A DNA stretch of 64,000 nt from Candidatus Omnitrophota bacterium (GCA_903944345.1 CAJARJ010000016.1:25852-89851), one strand, 5' to 3'. Counted from the first letter of the stretch, positions 46,325 to 55,897 are shown. Made by a program: numbers and translations. Notes: a model not told the origin generated them from the sequence alone.

Positions 46325-46780
46325 ATGCCCGTATGTTGTCGGCGGAAACAACTTATCGGACGCATTCTGCTTGATCGGGGCGTGATCACCGAACCTGAAT
46401 TGCAGCAGGCGCTTTTGGCCCAGAAGAAGGTTGAGAACCGGTTTTGTCTCGGCGAGATTCTTGTGACGATGGGACGGCTTCGTGAGATAGATGTAGCGAT
46501 AGCACTGGTTATTCAGCATGGGCTTTCTTATATTGCTCTTGCCAGTCAGGACATTCATCGGGAAGTTCTTGATTTGATTCCTGCGGGGGTAGCGCGCAGT
46601 CAAAGGCTGGTGCCGCTTGATCGCATCGGTAGGGTTCTGAGCGTGGTTACGCAGAATCCCCTTAACGATGAGGCGCGAGCGGATGTGGAACACGCGACCG
46701 GCTGCCGGATTGCAACCTTTCTTTCCACGCGCTCGGAGATTGATGCGGCGCTTTCCCGTTTTTATCCGGAGACATTTTGA
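46325..46780 (+). CDS. stand-alone T2SSE_N / MshEN-like domain protein (second copy)
   Basis: …QLIGRILLDRGVITEPELQQALLAQ… and …FCLGEILVTMGRLREIDVAIALVIQ… GGGA RBS. Overlaps the pilC start. Confidence 0.75.
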   Translation: MPVCCRRKQLIGRILLDRGVITEPELQQALLAQKKVENRFCLGEILVTMGRLREIDVAIALVIQHGLSYIALASQDIHREVLDLIPAGVARSQRLVPLDRIGRVLSVVTQNPLNDEARADVEHATGCRIATFLSTRSEIDAALSRFYPETF

Positions 46781-48000
46781 TGCCGACTTTTAGTTATACC
46801 TGCAAGGATCAGAATGCTCAGACCGTTACCGGTAAGATCGATGCCAGCGAATTGGGTCTGGTAGTTGACGAACTGCGAAGGCGGCAGTTGGTTATTATCA
46901 GTATTGACGAAGCGAAGGCGGCAGTTTCTTTCTTGACGGCAAAAGGCCCTGGGCCCAGTGGGCATGCCGTGAAAACAGAGGATGTTATTCTGTTTACGCG
47001 TCAGATGGCGACCATGGTTGATGCAGGTATCCCTATTCTTCAGACCATGGAAGCACTGGAAGAGCAGGCCTCCAATCTTTCTTTCAAGAAAATCCTGGCA
47101 GGGATTCACGAAGATATCCGTCTGGGTTCCAGTCTTTCGGGAGCCTTCACAAAGTATCCACGCGTTTTTAACAATCTTTTTGTCAATATGATCAAGGTCG
47201 GGGAAACGGCAGGAGTTCTTACGACCGTTCTGGATCGAGTTGCTTCCTATATGGAAAAATCCGAGCGTCTCAGACGCAAAGTCACGGGGGCCATGATTTA
47301 TCCGGCAGTTATTTCCTCGATGGCCATAATTATTGTGATTGTCCTGATGGTCTTTGTGGTGCCGACCTTCAAGACAATCTATAGTTCGATGGGTCAGGCG
47401 CTTCCGCCCATGACCAGAGTTCTTATGTCTTTCAGCGAGGGGTTTCAGAAATTGTTTCTCTATGGTCTGGTTGGTGGTGTGGCTTGTTTTATTTTGTTTG
47501 TTAATTATGCCAAAACTGCGGCCGGTTCAATGCAAATCGATTATCTGAAGCTGCGCTTTCCGCTTTTTGGAGATCTTGTTTGCAAGGTTGCTGTCAGTCG
47601 CTTCTGTCGCACGCTTGCAGTTCTTGTCCAGAGCGGTGTTCCGATTCTGGAGGGACTTGATATTGTACGCAAGACAATTGGGAATCGGGTTCTTGAGAAA
47701 GTAGTTGAAGATGTCATCAAGTGTGTCCGGGAGGGCGAAAGCATTGCCGAGCCCTTGCAGCGCAGCCGGGTTTTCCCGGTTATGGTGACGCGGATGATTG
47801 CTATTGGAGAGCAGTCCGGCCAGCTGGACAAGATGATGTTAAAGGTTGCGGATTTCTATGATGAACAGGTGGATGCTGTTCTGGAGAACATGACCAGGCT
47901 TATTGAGCCTTTGATTATCGGTTTCCTTGGCATTGTAATCGGGTTTATTGTGATCGCGCTGTTTATGCCAATTATGAATATGGCACAAATGGTCAAGTAA
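46777..48000 (+). CDS. pilC: type IV pilus assembly platform protein PilC (GspF family)
   Basis: Two T2SSF repeats. MMPTFSYTCKDQNAQTVTGKIDA…, three TM segments. Confidence 0.9.
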   Translation: MMPTFSYTCKDQNAQTVTGKIDASELGLVVDELRRRQLVIISIDEAKAAVSFLTAKGPGPSGHAVKTEDVILFTRQMATMVDAGIPILQTMEALEEQASNLSFKKILAGIHEDIRLGSSLSGAFTKYPRVFNNLFVNMIKVGETAGVLTTVLDRVASYMEKSERLRRKVTGAMIYPAVISSMAIIIVIVLMVFVVPTFKTIYSSMGQALPPMTRVLMSFSEGFQKLFLYGLVGGVACFILFVNYAKTAAGSMQIDYLKLRFPLFGDLVCKVAVSRFCRTLAVLVQSGVPILEGLDIVRKTIGNRVLEKVVEDVIKCVREGESIAEPLQRSRVFPVMVTRMIAIGEQSGQLDKMMLKVADFYDEQVDAVLENMTRLIEPLIIGFLGIVIGFIVIALFMPIMNMAQMVK

Positions 48001-48013
48001 ACGGGGACGTCAA

Positions 48014-49054
48014 ATGACAAGTATCAGATTATTGGTTCTTTGCAGTTTTATACTGGCGTTGTTTGCAGGAGCTTCATGTCTGGCGCAGCAGGAAGATTTA
48101 TTGCAGGAGAATATTCTTGATAGCAGCCTGACAGCTTTGCGCGATAGTGTGGCGCGTTTGACTCTGGAAAACAGGGAACTGACGGCGCTTAATGAACAAA
48201 TGAAACCTCAGCTGACGGAGTTGAACAAATCTTTTGCCGCTGGGCAGGCTGCGGAAGATCAGTTGATGAAAGATCTTGCTGTGACCGAGGCTGCTTTACG
48301 TCAGAGGCAGGAGGCCGAAAGTTCTATCCATAGCAAAGTTTTGCAGGTTCAGGGCGAGGTGGATCTTGTTGCCAAGAACTGTAACTTGTTAATGAGCGAT
48401 CTTTTGGCCAGATCTGCTGCTGATGAAACTTTACGTAAGGAAATAGTTTTACTGGAACAGCAGAATTTCCAGTTGCGTTTTGGCGAGCCGGAGGCAACTG
48501 TTGAGCCAGATGACACTTTGCGCGATCTTTTGGCCGAGCGCGAACGCTTGAACAAAGAACTTTCCGGAGCCAAGCAGTCCATGCAGGAGTTAAGAGAGCG
48601 CTGGGCTGCTATGGGAAAGTCGGCTGTCGCAACAGATCCGGTCCGGGTGAATGTTCTTCGAGGCGAGATCCAGCAGATTTCCATGCAGATTCGTAATAAA
48701 GAGGCGGAGTGTAAACGGCTTGAAGCCAAGGTAGTTGCGGCCAAGAATGCGTCACCTTCCGGACGCTCCGAAGAATTTGTTCGTCAGGATATCAAACAGC
48801 GTCTTGAGCAGGAAGTTGGGCGTCTGGAGGCTCGTTTGGAAGAGCTTGAAGCCGAATCCAGAGGGGTGAGAAAGGGTGAGCCAGAGGTTCCATCCACAAT
48901 GGAGCATCCAGTTAACAGCAGATTGTGGGCCCGTTTCAAGGCTCTTTCGCAGCAGAATACGCAGTTAAAGGCCGAAATGGATCGCTTGCGTCGGGCGATG
49001 GTCGAAGCAGATAAGAACAAGGCGCGGGCAGAGGCAGGGCGGGTCCAGAAGTAG
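48014..49054 (+). CDS. exported coiled-coil protein of unknown function (within pilus locus)
   Basis: Signal peptide MTSIRLLVLCSFILALFAGASCLAQQ, then ~320 aa of heptad-rich sequence. Confidence 0.5.
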   Translation: MTSIRLLVLCSFILALFAGASCLAQQEDLLQENILDSSLTALRDSVARLTLENRELTALNEQMKPQLTELNKSFAAGQAAEDQLMKDLAVTEAALRQRQEAESSIHSKVLQVQGEVDLVAKNCNLLMSDLLARSAADETLRKEIVLLEQQNFQLRFGEPEATVEPDDTLRDLLAERERLNKELSGAKQSMQELRERWAAMGKSAVATDPVRVNVLRGEIQQISMQIRNKEAECKRLEAKVVAAKNASPSGRSEEFVRQDIKQRLEQEVGRLEARLEELEAESRGVRKGEPEVPSTMEHPVNSRLWARFKALSQQNTQLKAEMDRLRRAMVEADKNKARAEAGRVQK

Positions 49055-49330
49055 TTTTTTTGTTTCTATCGTTAGAGCATGATATATTTGTTATCAGAGA
49101 ATCCGGCGTGGTTGCGCGGTTTCCCGACTCCTGCATACCTAAAATACTATGGAGCAGGGATTACTGCAAAGGCTTCGTCAGGAAATGCAAAAAGGAAGGA
49201 GGAAGGCGGAAGAGTTAAAATAAAAATGGGGTGCTTGGTTGAGAAAAAGCAGGTCAATCAACGGTCTTATAACTAGCTACCGTGTTTCTTCTCAAGGCAT
49301 CCTTCGGTTTCATCAACAAGAAGGAGTTTT

Positions 49331-49738
49331 ATGTCTAATAAAAAAGGTTTTACTTTGGTTGAGATCATGATTGTTATTGCAATTATTGCTTTGTTGGCTG
49401 CAATTGCCATCCCAAACTTGCTGCGTGCCAAGATTTCGGCAAATGATTCATTGGCTAAAAGCACCTTGCGGTCGCTTTCTACGGCTGCTGAAACTTTTGC
49501 TACTGCCAGAAGCGGTCAGTATCCTGCCGCGGTCGCAGATCTGACTGGAGCAACTCCGCCTTATATCAACAAGAACTATTGTGACGGTCAGGCTTATGGC
49601 GGATTTACTTATGCCTGTACGTTTGGTGTTGGCGGTTACACGTTGACTGCGACTCCTGTTACGGTGGGAACTTCCGGGACAGAGGCTATGACTATGACGA
49701 CCGGAGGTGTTTTGGCCTGTGCAACTTTGTGTAACTAA
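49331..49738 (+). CDS. pilA: type IV pilin (prepilin with class III signal peptide), probable major pilin
   Basis: MSNKKG↓FTLVEIMIVIAIIALLAAIAIPNL (G-1, F+1, E+5). Four Cys. Strong AAGGAG RBS, a long leader and its own terminator. Confidence 0.8.
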   Translation: MSNKKGFTLVEIMIVIAIIALLAAIAIPNLLRAKISANDSLAKSTLRSLSTAAETFATARSGQYPAAVADLTGATPPYINKNYCDGQAYGGFTYACTFGVGGYTLTATPVTVGTSGTEAMTMTTGGVLACATLCN

Positions 49739-49760
49739 TACACAGTTTATGGGATAACAA

Positions 49761-49790
49761 AAAAGGGCGTCCAGACGGGCGCCCTTTTTT
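49761..49790 (+). terminator. rho-independent terminator after the first pilin gene
   Basis: AAAAGGGCG-(10-nt loop)-CGCCCTTTT plus a T run. Confidence 0.6.
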
Positions 49791-49838
49791 GACGTTGATA
49801 CCCGGGAAGTCTCGGTTCTTCAGACAGGAACAGCAAAT

Positions 49839-50249
49839 ATGATTCGTGTCCGATCAGGTCTTACGTTGGTTGAGGTTATGGTGGTGGCCACTATTATAGC
49901 CTTGTTAGCTGCGATCGCTCTTCCTAATCTGCGCAGGGCCAAAATTCTGGCCAACGATGCTTTTGCCAAGACCACTTTGGGGGCGATAGCCAAGGCTTGC
50001 GAGAATTATGCCATTGCGAATAATAGTCGTTATCCTCTGGATATTACTGCCTTGACCGGGGCTAGTCCGGTTTATCTTTTTAGAAATGATTGTGATGGAG
50101 CGGTTCATAATGGGTATATCTTCAGTTGCAATATGGGGATTGGCGGATACACGATTGTTGCCGCCCCCTTGCAGCCCGGAGTCTCCGGAACGGAGGAGTT
50201 TACCATGACAACAGGGGGTGTTCTGAACTGCGATACTTTGTGTCAATAG
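49839..50249 (+). CDS. type IV pilin paralog
   Basis: MIRVRSG↓LTLVEVMVVATIIALLAAIALPNL. Same four-Cys pattern and the same C-terminal TMTTGGVL-C-TLC box as the first pilin. Confidence 0.75.
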   Translation: MIRVRSGLTLVEVMVVATIIALLAAIALPNLRRAKILANDAFAKTTLGAIAKACENYAIANNSRYPLDITALTGASPVYLFRNDCDGAVHNGYIFSCNMGIGGYTIVAAPLQPGVSGTEEFTMTTGGVLNCDTLCQ

Positions 50250-50295
50250 TTCAGATTATTTCATTTTTTTTATCCGCTGATTTATAATTGCGGCG

Positions 50296-51447
50296 TTGAC
50301 TGATTTATTTTGCAGAAATCCCAGAAATATGTTCTCTGCAGCGCCGATCTTTGTTATATTCAAGTCAATGCAATCAATACAAACTTATCTTTCCCAATAT
50401 TTTAAGTTTATCAGATCAGTAATCTCTGCACATAACGATGCGGGTGTGGTGGGGCTTGATCTGGGCTCCAGTACATGTCGTGCCGTCAAGATCGTTCCGC
50501 AGCAGAATACTTTCGAGCTGACCGGTTTTATTTGCATTCCCTTTAAAGATAATGAGGCTAAGAATGCTCTGCTAAGTGTTGTAAAAGCTTTTTCTCAGGG
50601 GAAGACTGTTCCGGCTTTTGTCGGGGCGGTTTGCGGGCGAGGGACATTGGTTCGATATATCGATATGCCACGGATGTCGTTGTCTGATTTGAGAAAGGCT
50701 TTCAGCATTGAGGTGGAGCGATATTTTCCGTTTCCCAAGGATACGATTTATACGGATTGTCATATCCTTGATCCTGACAGCCAGGATCGGCGCATGTCGG
50801 TTTTGATAGCCGCTGTCAAGAGGGAGATGGTGGATGCCAGATTGAAGCTTCTTAAAGAATGCGGGATTGATCCGGCGGTTTTAACCATTAATTCTGTTGC
50901 TCTTGCCAATGCGGCGACTTTTCTTGCTTCAGGATTGAATGCCCCCGGGACTATGAATTCTGCGTCTGCTCTGCTGGAAATCAACGAGGCACACGCTCAT
51001 TTGATGATATTTGTTAACGGTATCCCGAAATTCTCCCGGGATATTTTTATTGGTATCGCTGAGATGATCAAGAGGATTTCGAATGCCTGTAGTCTTTCGC
51101 CGGAGGCTGCGCGCGCAGCTCTTTTTTCGGCCGATCAAGATGAGCGAGTCGTCCGGATTGCCGAAACAGTCGTTGCCAATCTTGTAGCAGAGGTGCGCCT
51201 TTCTTTTGATTATTTCGGGAATGAAAAGAATATACCGATTGCGAAGCTTTTTTTGGTGGGCGAAGGTGTTATGGTGCCAGGATTGGAATCAGGCTTCACC
51301 CGTGCTTTTGATGTCCCTGTGGCGGCATGGGATCCTTTTTCTGGTATCAGTATCGGTCCGGGCGTAGACAAAGGCAGACTTGCTGCAGAGGGCAGATCCG
51401 CGATAATCGCTTTGGGGTTAGCGTTAAATGAATATTATTCGGCTTAA
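50296..51447 (+). CDS. pilM: type IV pilus assembly protein PilM (actin-like ATPase fold)
   Basis: …VVGLDLGSSTCRAVKI… The start may be an internal ATG. It overlaps the pilN start. Confidence 0.8.
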   Translation: MTDLFCRNPRNMFSAAPIFVIFKSMQSIQTYLSQYFKFIRSVISAHNDAGVVGLDLGSSTCRAVKIVPQQNTFELTGFICIPFKDNEAKNALLSVVKAFSQGKTVPAFVGAVCGRGTLVRYIDMPRMSLSDLRKAFSIEVERYFPFPKDTIYTDCHILDPDSQDRRMSVLIAAVKREMVDARLKLLKECGIDPAVLTINSVALANAATFLASGLNAPGTMNSASALLEINEAHAHLMIFVNGIPKFSRDIFIGIAEMIKRISNACSLSPEAARAALFSADQDERVVRIAETVVANLVAEVRLSFDYFGNEKNIPIAKLFLVGEGVMVPGLESGFTRAFDVPVAAWDPFSGISIGPGVDKGRLAAEGRSAIIALGLALNEYYSA

Positions 51448-52018
51448 TTTTATTCCCGCTGAAATGCGTCGGGAAAAGAATCGTTGGTTCTCTGCCGGAA
51501 TCGCGGGGATTCCCCCGGAACGTATTGTGGGTATTCTTCTTGCGGCTGCAGTTCTTCTTATTTTGTTTCATATTGTGTTACTTGCTGTTATGGCCGTTAA
51601 ATATACTGAAAATCGTATTTTGGAAGCCAGGTGGTCAGCTTCCAGCCCCGAGAAGCAATCGGTTGATCTTTTGTCCAATGAAACGCGCGAGTTGAGGTCT
51701 GCTTTGGACGCTTTCAAGCCTGTTCTATCGCAAGGCAATATCCACTGGCCGCGTTTGCTTGCGGATATTTCCGCAAGCATGCCCAAGGGCATATGGTTGA
51801 CCAGTATGACTTATGCTGATGGACAATTGGTTATTATGGGCAGTTCTGTTTCCAAAACACGTAACGAAATGGTTTCTCCAGGCATGTTGGTTTCTGCACT
51901 GAAGCAGAAGGATTCTGTTCAACGGTTTCTTGCGGCAATCGATGTGGATTCGATTCAGCGCAGGGAGGCGACAGCTTTGTCTATAGTTGATTTCACCTTA
52001 AAGGCCAGACAGAAATGA
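51428..52018 (+). CDS. pilN: type IV pilus assembly protein PilN
   Basis: MNIIRLNFIPAEMRREK…, single TM. Position in the pilMNOPQ order. Confidence 0.75.
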   Translation: MNIIRLNFIPAEMRREKNRWFSAGIAGIPPERIVGILLAAAVLLILFHIVLLAVMAVKYTENRILEARWSASSPEKQSVDLLSNETRELRSALDAFKPVLSQGNIHWPRLLADISASMPKGIWLTSMTYADGQLVIMGSSVSKTRNEMVSPGMLVSALKQKDSVQRFLAAIDVDSIQRREATALSIVDFTLKARQK

Positions 52019-52602
52019 CCCGACTACAGTCTTTGATCAGAATGTTTGATTCGTCGGATCCCCGCCTGGTGTATGGTGTTATTGCTCTGCTGGTTGTTTT
52101 GTTTGCCGGCCTGGACTATTTTCTTGCGGCCCGGTTTCAGCTGAGCCGTCTGGGGGCTGTTGTTGCAAGATCCGCTCAGCTGAAGAAAGACATTCTGGAG
52201 TTGAAGGACAGCCAGAATCGCATTCAGCAATTATCGTCCCAGAGAGACACTTTGCGGCTGGATCACGCGGATTTGCAACGGATGATTGTCAGTAAAGACG
52301 GGATCCCTGTTGTTCTGGACAGGATTTCTTCTGTTGCAGGACGCTGTGGCGTTCAGGTGAATCAGATTCTTCCCCGGCCGATGGAAGATAAACCTTTGCT
52401 CAAGCGCAAAGAAGGTGCTTATTTCAGTCAACCGGTACAGGTTCAGTTGCGGGCCGGGTATCATGATTTTGCCCGGATGTTGGACGAATTGATGCGCCAG
52501 GGAGTTTTTTGGAAGATTGATGAGTTGCGGATAACAGCTGGAGAATCGGAACAACGGCATACCATTGAAATGATCCTGAGAGTTTTGATTCTGGAGAAGT
52601 AA
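52015..52602 (+). CDS. pilO: type IV pilus assembly protein PilO
   Basis: N-terminal TM, coiled coil. Position between pilN and pilP. Confidence 0.7.
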   Translation: MTRLQSLIRMFDSSDPRLVYGVIALLVVLFAGLDYFLAARFQLSRLGAVVARSAQLKKDILELKDSQNRIQQLSSQRDTLRLDHADLQRMIVSKDGIPVVLDRISSVAGRCGVQVNQILPRPMEDKPLLKRKEGAYFSQPVQVQLRAGYHDFARMLDELMRQGVFWKIDELRITAGESEQRHTIEMILRVLILEK

Positions 52603-52952
52603 TGCGCATACGGCCATGGTTATTGCTTGTGTTTTTGTCTGTAATGATGCCTTGGTTCCTGATGGCTGAGGAACCCTTCAGGTATGATGGGGGTGGACTG
52701 CGGGATCCTTTTCTTCCTTTGGTAACAGAAGGTGGTGCGCTGGTGAATTATGACCGGGATCCTGCCGTTTCCGAACTTGTGCTGGAGGGTATTGTTTTTG
52801 ATGGTAGTCGTTCGCTGGCCGTTATTAACGGTGATATTTTTCAGGAAGGGCAGAAAGTTGGGCTTTATTTGCTTGATCGCATTGCATCAGACAGAGTGCT
52901 GTTGTCCAGAGATGGCGAAACATTCATGCTCCAGTTAAATAAGGAGGACTAA
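52602..52952 (+). CDS. pilP: PilP-like pilus assembly protein
   Basis: Signal sequence, then a beta-rich segment (…LVLEGIVFDGSRSLAVINGDIFQEGQKVG…). Position upstream of pilQ. Confidence 0.55.
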   Translation: MRIRPWLLLVFLSVMMPWFLMAEEPFRYDGGGLRDPFLPLVTEGGALVNYDRDPAVSELVLEGIVFDGSRSLAVINGDIFQEGQKVGLYLLDRIASDRVLLSRDGETFMLQLNKED

Positions 52953-54338
52953 GTGAAAGAATATGTCCAGGGGCCGGTTTTAACGGTTTTGTTCCTGATG
53001 CTTGCCGGGATATCTTCTTCTGTCCTCGGGCAGCAAACGGTTGCTGGCACGCAGTCAGCAGCGCTGGACGTCGAGATGTCCCAGTCGGGCAACGTTTCCG
53101 TTGATTTCAAGGACGCGGATATCCGCAATGTTCTTAAAGTTCTCGCTTACAAGAGCGGGGTTAATATTATTGCGGCACCCGAGGTAGTCGGGCAGGTTTC
53201 GATACAGCTCAAGGATGTTCCCTGGCAGAAGGCGCTGGATGTGATTCTGTCGACATATGGTTACAGTTATGAACAGGATGGCAAGATCCTGATGGTGACC
53301 ACGATTGATAATCTCAAGAAGCGCAGGGAGAATATGAAGGCATTGGCGGAGCAGGAGCTGGTGATCTCCGAAACTTTTGTCCTTAATTACGGCAAGGCCG
53401 AGGAGGTCAGAGCCTCAATTGACAAGATGAAGAGTCCCCGGGGAAGTATTCATTGGGACAAACGGATGAATGCAATTATTGTCAGCGATGTTGAAACCAG
53501 TCTGAGAATGATCCGTGCGGTCATTAAAGAGCTGGATACCGTGACACCCCAGGTGTACATCGAAGCCAAAATGATCGAGACTACCCTGAACAAATCGGAG
53601 AATCTTGGAATTGACTGGAATGTTGTTGCTTCTGTGACGGGGCCGATGCGGGCTACGACTTATCCTTTCACGGGGAATTCTCAGAACAAGTACACCAACA
53701 GCCCGGACTTTCCGGTATCAACCGATGAGGTGGAGCCCTTCTTTCAGTACGGCACGCTGGATTTGACCAAGGCCACCGCGATGTTGAACATGCTCAAGTC
53801 CCGGGCGGATACCAATATCGTCTCCAATCCCAAAATTGTTACTTTGAATAATCAGACCGCAAAGATTGTGGTAGGCAGTCAGTACCCTGTCCCTCAGTAT
53901 ACCTACAATAGCGATCAGGGGAAAATGCAGGTTTCCGGATGGAATTATATTGACATCGGTGTTGTTTTTGTGGTAACACCTCACGTCAACAATGCCGGGA
54001 TGGTCACGCTGGATTTGGAGCCGACAGTTACCGATATTCTGGATTATGTTCAGGTTGAGGGGACGCAAATGCCGCGGCTCAGTACCGAGTCGGCTAGAAC
54101 GACAGTCATGATTGCTGACGGAGACACGCTGGTTATTGCCGGTCTTATTAAAACGAAAAAAGGGGATACACGCAAGAAGTTCCCTATACTCGGGGATATT
54201 CCAATACTGGGGCTTCCGTTTCAGTCAAAGATTGCTCAGGATCAGAAAACGGATCTTGTTATTTTTATGACGCCAAAGATCGTTACCCCTGTTGCAGCGG
54301 GCCGCAAGCAAGAGCGGGTTGAAAGCGATGAAATTTGA
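52953..54338 (+). CDS. pilQ: type IV pilus secretin PilQ
   Basis: Signal peptide, N0/N1-like domains, and the C-terminal secretin motif …VIAGLIKTKKGDTRKKFPILGDIPILGLPFQ…DLVIFMTPKIV. Confidence 0.85.
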   Translation: MKEYVQGPVLTVLFLMLAGISSSVLGQQTVAGTQSAALDVEMSQSGNVSVDFKDADIRNVLKVLAYKSGVNIIAAPEVVGQVSIQLKDVPWQKALDVILSTYGYSYEQDGKILMVTTIDNLKKRRENMKALAEQELVISETFVLNYGKAEEVRASIDKMKSPRGSIHWDKRMNAIIVSDVETSLRMIRAVIKELDTVTPQVYIEAKMIETTLNKSENLGIDWNVVASVTGPMRATTYPFTGNSQNKYTNSPDFPVSTDEVEPFFQYGTLDLTKATAMLNMLKSRADTNIVSNPKIVTLNNQTAKIVVGSQYPVPQYTYNSDQGKMQVSGWNYIDIGVVFVVTPHVNNAGMVTLDLEPTVTDILDYVQVEGTQMPRLSTESARTTVMIADGDTLVIAGLIKTKKGDTRKKFPILGDIPILGLPFQSKIAQDQKTDLVIFMTPKIVTPVAAGRKQERVESDEI

Positions 54339-54362
54339 TTTTCAATATTTAAAGGAGAGCCT

Positions 54363-55823
54363 GTGTCTCGAGAGATTCTGATTCATATTGCCGATGGCGA
54401 ACGTCGCGTCGCTATTGTTGACAACAAGAAGTTGGATGATTTTTATATAGAGCTTGATCGTTATCAATCGATACTGGGCAACATTTACAAGGGAAAAATT
54501 GAATCCATTCTCCCCTCAATCAATGGAGCCTTTGTCAATATCGGTCAGGAACGAAACGGTTTCCTGTATCTGACGGATGCAGATCATCCGCATGTCGAGG
54601 ACTTTGTTTCGGGGCAGGCGCGTCAGGCTATTCCGGAGCAGAGTTTTCTTGACCGACTGCTTAATCGCAAGGCAAAACCTGCCAATCCCGATGAAGTCAA
54701 GGATGTTGGGGAGCTTCAGCCACTTTTACCCGAGGGTGAGCCCGGCCCAGCTGCTTTGCCTGCAGAGGACGCTGCGCTTACAGGTAAAGACAGCCCTCGC
54801 AAGGGGCCGCGAGGGTATTTTGGTCGTCAGCGCCGCAACAAACCGATTCCTCTTAAGGTTGGTCAGGAGATTCTGGTTCAGGTGGAAAAAGATCCGTTTG
54901 GTACCAAAGGCGCCAGATTGACCACGCATCTTTCTATCCCTGGCCGTTTCATTGTTTATATGCCCTACGACAATCATCTGGGCGTTTCCCAGAAGATCGA
55001 GTCTCCTGATGAACGTGCCCGTTTGCGGGATATTCTCAAGGAAGCTGATTTTGTCAAGGAAGGCGGTTTTATTATCAGAACTGTTTCTGCCGGCCAGGAT
55101 AAGAGTGAATTGCTTAACGATGCCCGGTATGTGTACGAAAAATGGCAGAAAGTGCGCAAACTGGCCCAGGAAAAAAAGGGGCCGGTTATTCTTTATCAGG
55201 AAGGTGATATTATCTGGAAGGTGGTGCGCGATTATTTTCGTAACGATGTTAGCGCCATTCATGTTGATTCGAGGGTGGAGTACGAAAAAATTTGCAAATA
55301 TATCGAGGCATTAATTGATACAAAGCCCTTGAAGAAGGTGCATTACTACGGCGGAGCTACTCCGATTTTTGAGGCTCACAAGGTTCAGAACGAACTGGAA
55401 CATATTTATGACCAGAAAGTTTTTCTGAAGACCGGCGCGCATATCGTCATTGAGCCGACAGAAGGTGTCACGGTTATTGATGTTAACAGCGGTCGGTACA
55501 AGACCCAGGCCTCTCCTGAGGATGCGGCTTATAATGTCAATACTGAGGCGGCTCCCGAGATTGCGCGTCAACTGCGCTTGCGGGATTTGGGCGGAATCAT
55601 CGTTATCGATTTTATTGATATGTCTCGTGAAGAGCATAAGCGTAAGGTATTGGATACTTTGAGGCTGGAGCTGGCCAAAGACACGGCCAAGACCGAAGTT
55701 AACCGGATTTCTAATCTTGGACTTGTGGAGATGACCCGGGAAAGAACGGGCAAGACCCTTGAGTCTATCAAGTTTTCGGAGTGTCCGTATTGTCATGGTC
55801 GCGGCAAGGTTCGTATTGATTGA
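54363..55823 (+). CDS. rng: ribonuclease G/E-family endoribonuclease
   Basis: N-terminal S1 domain, catalytic DNase I-like region (…VIDVNSG…), Zn-link CPYCHGRG. Confidence 0.85.
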   Translation: MSREILIHIADGERRVAIVDNKKLDDFYIELDRYQSILGNIYKGKIESILPSINGAFVNIGQERNGFLYLTDADHPHVEDFVSGQARQAIPEQSFLDRLLNRKAKPANPDEVKDVGELQPLLPEGEPGPAALPAEDAALTGKDSPRKGPRGYFGRQRRNKPIPLKVGQEILVQVEKDPFGTKGARLTTHLSIPGRFIVYMPYDNHLGVSQKIESPDERARLRDILKEADFVKEGGFIIRTVSAGQDKSELLNDARYVYEKWQKVRKLAQEKKGPVILYQEGDIIWKVVRDYFRNDVSAIHVDSRVEYEKICKYIEALIDTKPLKKVHYYGGATPIFEAHKVQNELEHIYDQKVFLKTGAHIVIEPTEGVTVIDVNSGRYKTQASPEDAAYNVNTEAAPEIARQLRLRDLGGIIVIDFIDMSREEHKRKVLDTLRLELAKDTAKTEVNRISNLGLVEMTRERTGKTLESIKFSECPYCHGRGKVRID

Positions 55824-55869
55824 AATTTTTTTCGGGCAACTTTGTTTTGGGGCTCACTAAAATTATTTC

Positions 55870-55897
55870 TGGTCAAATTCTTACTTTTGCATATAAT
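55870..55897 (+). promoter_or_regulatory. candidate sigma70 promoter for rplU-obg (TGGTCA-16/17-TATAAT)
   Basis: Perfect TATAAT -10 seen ~120 nt upstream of rplU. Confidence 0.45.
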
